The notes under the pieces: generated by a model
The model's input: the letters and a program-made list of their open reading frames with translations, nothing else
What the model was told of the DNA's origin: nothing
Databases searched by the model: none
Shown here: piece by piece, positions 57,703 to 64,000 of the stretch
Layout of the letters: every line of letters begins with the position of its first letter
Position numbering within the stretch: position 1 is the stretch's first letter
Translations under genes and position numbers: made by a program
Source of the DNA: Candidatus Latescibacterota bacterium
GTDB lineage: Bacteria; Latescibacterota; UBA2968; UBA8231
Assembly: GCA_965223905.1 (NCBI GenBank)
Contig: CBDCXV010000001.1
Coordinates: 1,280,001 to 1,344,000 of the forward strand
DNA: 64,000 bases
Reading direction: 5' to 3'

Positions 57703-60648
57703 TCAGGGGGTTGATCCAAAGGGAAAACTGCCCGTGAAACCGGGGACTCCCGGGAAATTCACCACCACTCTGAAGTGCGAATCTCCCTCTTTGAAACGGT
57801 GGGCGTAACGCAGGCCCATTTCCAGCGGAATCGGCAGTGCAAAGGGAGAGAAATTGGCCGTCAGTTCGGCGCCGGCCGTTTGGTAGGTGGTGTGCCGGGA
57901 GCTGTCCTCGCCGCGGCCGTAGTCGTAAAAGAAATTGACCTTGACGCGCTGCAGGTACACCAGCGCTCCCAGGTTCCAGTCCGGGTAGAACAGCGGCAGG
58001 GCATAGTCGGCCTTCCCCTGGAAAAAGCGGCGGTGGAAGCGGTAGTCGTAGCCGCGGACAAAGGGCTGTTCGCTTGCAAAGCGGTAGGGAAGGGCATCGG
58101 CCCCGGCGGGATCCTGCCACTCGTAAGCACCCTCCAGCCGCAGGCTGTGGTGGGCCGCCAGACCGGGAAAGAGCAGTCGCAGCCGCCCCGACAGCAAGGT
58201 GCCGTGGTAGTCGCCCGCAAAGGGCGTGTGGCGGTAGGTCAACTGCAGGCTCTGACCCCAGGCCGGGGCCAGGTCGCGTGTCGCCGAGTGGCGAGCCCGC
58301 GCGAAGGCCAGCCGGTACGTCAGCGGCGCAAAGCGTCCGTTGTGGTTTCTTGTGGACACGTCTCTTGCTTCCTGGTTCCCGCTGCCTGCATCGGGCCAAT
58401 AGAGGTCGTCCTCGGGTCGATGGAGGTCGTCCCTGTCGGCGATATCGGTCCATTCCGCCTTTGCGCTCAATCGGATGGAAGACTGCCAGGGGCCGCGGGA
58501 CAGATTCAAGGGCAGCCCGACGCCGGCACTCAGGCTTTTCTCGCTCCACCTGTCCGTTTCCTCTTTCTCCTTGACCTCGAGGCTGCCGCCTTCCATTTCC
58601 CGGGTTTTGATCACGTACTCTCCGACCCTCTCGCCCCAGCTCCCCCCCACGCTGAGAATGGGATGCCATGCGGCCAGGCTGAAATTGCCCAAGGCACTGA
58701 AAGCGCTCTCGTTGCTGTTGTACTCGACCCCGCCGCTCATGCTGCTGAGATCGAGCAGATCGTTGGACTTGAGATTGAGGGCATAGCTCGGCGGCAAGGG
58801 ACGGAAAGACCAGCTGTGGACCTTGAGCAGGTTGCCCAGCGGCCGATAGCCGCTCACCGGATAGACCCGCTGCGGAATGTCCGCCAACACAGGGCCGCCC
58901 TGCTCCTGGTCGATCAGCGGTTCGAAATAGCGCACCTGGCGGTCCGCGACCTGCTCGACCGGCGTCCAGGTAGCCGGGTCCAGGGGCATGGCCGCGATGC
59001 GGTAGCCGTCAACGGTGTACTCCTGGAACAGGAGCGAATCGCCGGCCACCGCGGCGTGGGTGGCCGCCAGCGGTCGAGAGGTCACCCGGTAGCGGGTCCC
59101 GCTCGGCAGGTGGACGGCGTGGATGTTGTCGATGCCCCCAAAAGGTGCGTCGAACAGCAGGTAGGAATTCCAGAAGACCGGCCAGCCGATATCGGCGCGG
59201 GTGTGCGGCAACACGATCTGCCCGTGGCCATTTGCAGCGTCAATGCGCTCGAGGGCGTTGCCGCGTTCGTCCTGCCGCACCACGGCAATATGGCGTCCGT
59301 CCTCCGACCACGCCGGCGTGCGCCAGAAAACCCCGTCCGCTGCGGGGAACCGGGCTTGCTCGGCACCGCTGGCGGTCTCCAACAGCACGAGGTGGCAGCG
59401 CCGGTCCGGTCCGAAGTCAACGGCGGCGACGAGCGCCCCATCAGCAGAAGGAGCCGGGGCGAACAACCTGGCCTTGTGGGTGAGTTGGCGCGTCCGGCCG
59501 TTGTCGATGTCCAGTACCACCACGTCGGAGTAGTTGCGAAAGCCCCAACGCCGATCCGGGGTGGAGCGGTTCCAGGCCGCTTTGCCGCCGGCTGCGCGGA
59601 TGCTGCCGAGCGATTGGTAATAGCGCACGCGCTCCTCGCGGCCGTCGGAGTGCAGCCTCACCAGCGTCGCCGGGTCGGCCAGGCCGCTCTTGCTCGCCAG
59701 TACGCTGCCGTCGGCCAGCGGGTGCGGGTATCCGTAGTTGGTCCAGACGTCCGACCTGCTCTGCCCGGCGAGGACTCGCAGTGGCGTCGTGGCCAGGTCT
59801 TCCTGCCGGGTCTGCCACAGGGCGGTCAACTCGTCCATCGTCCGCTCGTAGGTCCGGGCGGCGCTGGCCCCGGTGTACTTCCTTAGCGCACGGCTGAAGG
59901 AAAAGGGGTGGAACCCCCACCTGACGGTGCGGCCCAGCACCTTGTCCCACGTCTCGGCACCATGGTGGCGCTTGACGTAGGTCGTCAGGAAATACCCCAG
60001 CTGGTAGTGACCGGGGTACCAATCGCGGTACGAGCCGTGGTGGACCTTGTAGTAGGAATAGCGCCTTCCCGCCAGGAGCAAGGCCCGGATGTGCAGACCG
60101 AACCGGGGTATGCGCCCGCGCCCGGTCTGGCTCAGCGCCGTCTCCACCCCTACCGCATCCCCTTCCCAGAACCACGGCGGCACCAACAGAGACGCCAAGG
60201 CTTGGCCCTGTTCGCCGAAAAAGAGCCAGGCCAGGCGCACCAGGCCCCGGCGCATGCGATCGGACTGCACCACGTGACGCATTTCGTGGACCGCCAGCAA
60301 CTGGTACCAATCGCCGCTCAACCGCCCCGCGTTCTGAGGAGGGGTGCTGAACCACACGCTGCGGCGCGGTGCCAGGGCGACAAAACCGTTGGGCTGAGCC
60401 GACTGGTTGACCAGCACCACATCCAGCGGCTTTTGCGGACCCCTCAGCGTCTTGGAGACCGGTCCGTAGATGTGTTCGAGCGTGTTGGCTACGCGCTGGG
60501 CATCGGCGGTGATCTGCGCGGGGAAGATGACGTTGAATCGCTCCGTTTGGATTCGCCGCCAGTCCAGGCCCGGGGGACTTTGCTGCGCGAACGACGGGCC
60601 GGCGATCAGCGCCGCCAGCGCGACTGCGGTCAGCATCTTCGTTGTCAT
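57703..60648 (-). CDS. Outer-membrane protein: HExxH zincin-like domain + TolB-like propeller + C-terminal beta-barrel
   Basis: Signal peptide; AVHEMRH, PPWFWEGDAV; PAPSADG/PAWSEDG; FYDYG and alternating beta strands. Confidence 0.85.
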   Translation of the reverse strand: MTTKMLTAVALAALIAGPSFAQQSPPGLDWRRIQTERFNVIFPAQITADAQRVANTLEHIYGPVSKTLRGPQKPLDVVLVNQSAQPNGFVALAPRRSVWFSTPPQNAGRLSGDWYQLLAVHEMRHVVQSDRMRRGLVRLAWLFFGEQGQALASLLVPPWFWEGDAVGVETALSQTGRGRIPRFGLHIRALLLAGRRYSYYKVHHGSYRDWYPGHYQLGYFLTTYVKRHHGAETWDKVLGRTVRWGFHPFSFSRALRKYTGASAARTYERTMDELTALWQTRQEDLATTPLRVLAGQSRSDVWTNYGYPHPLADGSVLASKSGLADPATLVRLHSDGREERVRYYQSLGSIRAAGGKAAWNRSTPDRRWGFRNYSDVVVLDIDNGRTRQLTHKARLFAPAPSADGALVAAVDFGPDRRCHLVLLETASGAEQARFPAADGVFWRTPAWSEDGRHIAVVRQDERGNALERIDAANGHGQIVLPHTRADIGWPVFWNSYLLFDAPFGGIDNIHAVHLPSGTRYRVTSRPLAATHAAVAGDSLLFQEYTVDGYRIAAMPLDPATWTPVEQVADRQVRYFEPLIDQEQGGPVLADIPQRVYPVSGYRPLGNLLKVHSWSFRPLPPSYALNLKSNDLLDLSSMSGGVEYNSNESAFSALGNFSLAAWHPILSVGGSWGERVGEYVIKTREMEGGSLEVKEKEETDRWSEKSLSAGVGLPLNLSRGPWQSSIRLSAKAEWTDIADRDDLHRPEDDLYWPDAGSGNQEARDVSTRNHNGRFAPLTYRLAFARARHSATRDLAPAWGQSLQLTYRHTPFAGDYHGTLLSGRLRLLFPGLAAHHSLRLEGAYEWQDPAGADALPYRFASEQPFVRGYDYRFHRRFFQGKADYALPLFYPDWNLGALVYLQRVKVNFFYDYGRGEDSSRHTTYQTAGAELTANFSPFALPIPLEMGLRYAHRFKEGDSHFRVVVNFPGVPGFTGSFPFGSTP

Positions 60649-60701
60649 GGAATTCCCTCAGACGTTGGTGAAACTGAACGCATGTTTTTGCTTGGAGGAT
60701 C

Positions 60702-62057
60702 CTACGGGTCCGCCTCGACGGCCGGCTTTTCGAGCTGCACCTCGAGGAGCCTGAAACCCCCCGGTCCCAGGTCGAGGAGGGTGCGGCCGCCGGTTCGCGG
60801 CAGATCGGTCCCGGAGACGGCGTCGCGCGCCGGCCCCGCAAGCTTCAGGGCAACCTGCCGGCCGCGGTGGCTCTGCCTGTTGGCGACCAGCAGGTGGGTG
60901 GCGGTGGTACCGTCTCCGAAGAAGCCGAGCTCGAGGTCGGGATCGCTGGCCCTGACCAGGTCGTTGTCCGGCAGGTCGCCGGCTTCCCAGCCGCCGTGGA
61001 AGTGCAGGTCCCGCAGGTGCGCGCTCAGGCGGGCAAGCTGGTCGTTCAGCTCCTTGACGGCGCCGTAGGTCGCCGTCGGCGCGCCGTCGCGGTCGACGAT
61101 CCCCTCGTAGAAGCGCTCCTGCACCAGGTGGCCGTCCCCGTCCCGGATCCACTCCCAGCCGGAGCTGTAGAGGAAGTAGACGATGCCGGAGGCGCCCCGG
61201 GACAGGGCGAGGCCGACCTGCACGGCGACCTCGCCGGCAGTCGGCTTGCGGTAGTAGGGGCCGCTCGAGCCGAGCCCGTCCCGCGTTTCGCCGTGCACCT
61301 GGACGATGGCGTGCCAGCGCCCGTGCCGGTCCTGCAGATAGCGCGCCAGCCGTCCGTACCCCGCCACCAGGGCGTCGAGCCGTTTCCGCAGCTTCCTGCC
61401 CGAGGCCGGCACGTCGTCGCGGAAGATGTAGTGCTCGTGCTGGAAGATGTTGGCGGCCCCGCCCTCGGCGAACAGGGCGTCGAGGAAGCGGCCGACCTCG
61501 GGGAAGTGGTCGATGTTGCCGACGCTGATCGCCGGGCGCTGCGGATCCTCCTGCCCCAGTACGCGCACCGTGTTCCCCAGCGCCTTGTAGTAGCGGGCGC
61601 GGTAATCCTCGTGTCCGATCAGGTAGCCGGTGAACCCGGGGGCCGCGCCCCAGTGCTGTTTCAGCGCCTCCACGCGTTCGCGGACCGCGGCGTCGAAACC
61701 TGCTTCGACGCCTTCCATGACGGCGAAGTCGCGCAGCTTGTCATCGCGGGTGAACCCGGGGGGCGGGTAGTAGACCGGCATGCCGAGGCCGGCCTCGCCG
61801 GCGAACGACATGGCGACTTCCTCGGCGGTGGAGTCGCCGATCCGGACTTCCTGCAGCCACTCGATATGGTTGAAGCCGATGTCGGAAAGCAGCTGCCGGT
61901 CCCCGGCGTCGAAGCGGAAGCTGTCGAGGCCGGCCGGCAGCCAGGTCGACAGGGTCAGGTCCCCCACCGGCAGCCGGCTCGGTTCGTAGCGGCTCACTGC
62001 AGGATTGGTCAACTGGCAAGCGGCGAGCAGTACGGCCGCGAGCAGGCCGCACTTCAT
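60702..62057 (-). CDS. Lipoprotein, glycoside-hydrolase-like TIM barrel
   Basis: Lipobox LAAC; GYLIGHED; ALSRGASGIVYFLY. Confidence 0.7.
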   Translation of the reverse strand: MKCGLLAAVLLAACQLTNPAVSRYEPSRLPVGDLTLSTWLPAGLDSFRFDAGDRQLLSDIGFNHIEWLQEVRIGDSTAEEVAMSFAGEAGLGMPVYYPPPGFTRDDKLRDFAVMEGVEAGFDAAVRERVEALKQHWGAAPGFTGYLIGHEDYRARYYKALGNTVRVLGQEDPQRPAISVGNIDHFPEVGRFLDALFAEGGAANIFQHEHYIFRDDVPASGRKLRKRLDALVAGYGRLARYLQDRHGRWHAIVQVHGETRDGLGSSGPYYRKPTAGEVAVQVGLALSRGASGIVYFLYSSGWEWIRDGDGHLVQERFYEGIVDRDGAPTATYGAVKELNDQLARLSAHLRDLHFHGGWEAGDLPDNDLVRASDPDLELGFFGDGTTATHLLVANRQSHRGRQVALKLAGPARDAVSGTDLPRTGGRTLLDLGPGGFRLLEVQLEKPAVEADP

Positions 62058-62410
62058 CGCAGTCTGGGATTGCCGGCGTGACGGTCGCGGTCGCGGCTCG
62101 TCTTCCTGTGCAGGGCCCGGTCGAAGGCTTCCTGAAGGTCGACGCCGGTCTGGTTGGCCAAGCAGATCAGCACGAACAGCACGTCCGCCATTTCCGCGCC
62201 CAGCTCGGACAACCCCGCCTCTTCCCCCGCCTTGAAACTCTGGTCCCCGTAGAGGCGGGCCATCAGCCTGCTTACCTCGCCGACTTCCTCCGCCAGTATG
62301 GCGGTGTTCGTCAGCTCGGAGTAGTAGCGTATCCCGACGGTGCGAATCCACTCGTCGACCTGCCGCTGCAGCTGTGGGAGAGTCGGACCGCTGCCGTCCT
62401 CAGGCGGCAA
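62054..62410 (-). CDS. MazG-like nucleotide pyrophosphohydrolase (YpjD type)
   Basis: YSELTNTAILAEEVGEV...EMADVLFVLICLANQTG. Confidence 0.92.
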   Translation of the reverse strand: MPPEDGSGPTLPQLQRQVDEWIRTVGIRYYSELTNTAILAEEVGEVSRLMARLYGDQSFKAGEEAGLSELGAEMADVLFVLICLANQTGVDLQEAFDRALHRKTSRDRDRHAGNPRLR

Positions 62411-63518
62411 TTTCGCTCTCTCCGTCGGCGCGGCGCCGGGCGTTGATCTGGTCGATCTGCCAGGGGACCACCGAGCCGTCGGCGCGGAAGCGGTCGTAGT
62501 AGCCGGCTTCGCTGCGGCATACCGGCATCAGCGGCGGCTGCCTGCGCGCAGCCGACAGCTGCGCCTCGTCGAGGGTTGCGCCGCTGGCGAGATCGACGAC
62601 CTCGATCTCCTTCACGTCGGCGGTTCCGAGGCCGCGTTCGGCCGCTGCCCGCAGGTAGGGAGTGACCGTGGGATCGAGACCCATGAGCCAGGTCGCCACC
62701 GCGTCGACGTGCACCTCGTTGACCCCGGCCACGGTCCAGCCGAGCGGGTGGTTCTCCCCCTCGTTGAAGGCGGTGCCGTCACGGCCGATGAGGCCGTCGA
62801 CGATGCAGAGCCGCGGCATCCCCAGGCTGCGCACCGCGACTACGAGGTCGCAGAGCTTGTCGTAGAAGCGATCCTCGAAGAGGCTGAGACCGGTCTCGGT
62901 CAGGCGCCACAGATCCTCTCCGAGCGGCTCGTCGATCACCTGGGTGGCGCACAGGTGCCGCTCCGGCCTGCCGATAACCCCCATCAGGTTCTTTATCGCC
63001 AGGGTCGTGCATCCGAGGTTGTGGCACTTGGCCAAAGGGACGTTGAGAAGGAAGCTGCAGTCGGTTACGTCCGCGTAGATCGGGTAGCTGTCGTAGACTA
63101 CCCCGCCGTTTACGGGGACCGGCCGGGTCGGTTCGTCGTTGAGGCACTTCAAGCCGATCCCGCGTTCCTCCGCCAAGTCGGCGTACCCCGCCCCCTTCCA
63201 GGTGAACCCCTCGTCGGGGTTTTCACCCGACTGGCCGTCCGCCACCAGCAGGCGGTCCGCGGCGACACCCCGGTCGAGCAGGAAATCGGCGATACCGGCG
63301 AGGAACCCCGGGTGGGTGACTACGCGGACGTCGGCGGGGTAGAGCACCGTCGCGTTCGGCTTGATGGTGATGAGGCCGGAAGGTGGAATCGCCGGCTCGA
63401 GGGCATCGAGGGCATCGAGGGCATCGAAGGCGAGATCCCGGTAGGCGTCGAAGGGGGCGGTATTCCCTTCGATCCCGGTGCGCAGGAGGTAGACTTTCTC
63501 TTCGTGCAGTCCGGTCAT
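62400..63518 (-). CDS. DUF362 domain protein
   Basis: IKPN, VVTHP, NVPLAKCH, TLAIKNLMG, VDG, VDAVA; 9-bp tandem repeat (DALx3) at ~63397-63430. Confidence 0.88.
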   Translation of the reverse strand: MTGLHEEKVYLLRTGIEGNTAPFDAYRDLAFDALDALDALEPAIPPSGLITIKPNATVLYPADVRVVTHPGFLAGIADFLLDRGVAADRLLVADGQSGENPDEGFTWKGAGYADLAEERGIGLKCLNDEPTRPVPVNGGVVYDSYPIYADVTDCSFLLNVPLAKCHNLGCTTLAIKNLMGVIGRPERHLCATQVIDEPLGEDLWRLTETGLSLFEDRFYDKLCDLVVAVRSLGMPRLCIVDGLIGRDGTAFNEGENHPLGWTVAGVNEVHVDAVATWLMGLDPTVTPYLRAAAERGLGTADVKEIEVVDLASGATLDEAQLSAARRQPPLMPVCRSEAGYYDRFRADGSVVPWQIDQINARRRADGESEIAA

Positions 63519-63538
63519 GGCCGCAACGTAGCAGAAAC

Positions 63539-63573
63539 AAAAAAGCAGTCAAGGAATCCCCTGACTGCTTTTT
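63539..63573 (-). terminator. Rho-independent terminator after murA (T/A tracts on both sides)
   Basis: AAAAAAGCAGTCA-loop-TGACTGCTTTTT. Confidence 0.8.
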
Positions 63574-63616
63574 CGAAGGTGCTGTCGAGCCGCGGCGAGT
63601 TACGCCTCGATCGCGG

Positions 63617-64000
63617 CTAGATACGTTCGAGCGCGGCTCCGAGTCCCCGCAGCCGCTCCGCGAGATCGGCGTGGCCGCGGTCGAGCTGGTACAGGTTCGT
63701 GATGCAGGTGCGCCCCTCGGCCGCGAGTCCGGCCAGCAGGCAGGCGCCGCCGGCGCGGATGTCTTCGGCGCGCACCCGCGCCCCGTGCAGCTTGGCCGGC
63801 CCGTGGACGATGACGAGGCGGTCCTTTTCGGGGGACAGGTTGGCGCCGAATGCGCGCAGGTTCTTGACGTGCCCGAAGCGATCCTCGAACACGGTCTCGC
63901 GGATGTAGCTGTCGCCGTCGGCGACGCAGGCGAGGGCGGTGATGCTCGGCTGCAGGTCGGTCGGAAATCCGGGATAGAAGGTCGACACGACGTTGATGGG
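63617..64000 (-). CDS. murA: UDP-N-acetylglucosamine 1-carboxyvinyltransferase, 3' part
   Basis: YPGFPTDLQ, ETVFEDRFGH, DIRAGG, LDRG. Confidence 0.92.
   Translation of the reverse strand, partial: PINVVSTFYPGFPTDLQPSITALACVADGDSYIRETVFEDRFGHVKNLRAFGANLSPEKDRLVIVHGPAKLHGARVRAEDIRAGGACLLAGLAAEGRTCITNLYQLDRGHADLAERLRGLGAALERI

Noticed and set aside
62054-62410. MazG as an antiphage effector
   Set aside because: YpjD-type housekeeping sequence in an ordinary operon with backbone-like codon usage.

Overview
High-GC bacterial chromosome segment. It resembles a Latescibacterota/Gemmatimonadota-like host-associated (e.g. sponge) lineage, inferred from four PhyH dioxygenases, a plant-type LRR protein with a FlgD-Ig tail, ankyrin repeats and a secreted protein ending in an SWGxIK motif. 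The metabolic backbone includes a Co-type nitrile hydratase operon, two ABC exporters, uxuA, kbl, an MlrC peptidase, aspartate dehydrogenase, an AcuI/YhdH oxidoreductase, sugar oxidoreductases/epimerases, an amidohydrolase, MazG, DUF362 and partial murA. Small accessory inserts interrupt it: a tandem ATPase pair, RelE/RHH, PIN-DUF433/DUF5615, an Rpn-like nuclease, BrnT plus a giant helicase, HicAB and one complete IS256 with an 8-bp target duplication. Main observations: (1) an intact BrnT toxin whose only cognate antitoxin sequence is a BrnA-like N-terminal peptide fused to a 1511-aa sacsin-like GHKL-ATPase/SF2 helicase, a candidate new defence system; (2) a second antitoxin fusion (large PIN + DUF433); (3) recurring diverged, mostly synonymously recoded duplicates of gene ends, twice bracketing cargo; (4) an Rpn gene with an internal RBS+ATG; (5) an OSGIN-like flavoprotein; (6) an HxG PhyH, possibly a halogenase. 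Many frameshifts occur and may be gene decay or assembly error. Family calls come from motif recognition by eye; no database searches were run.
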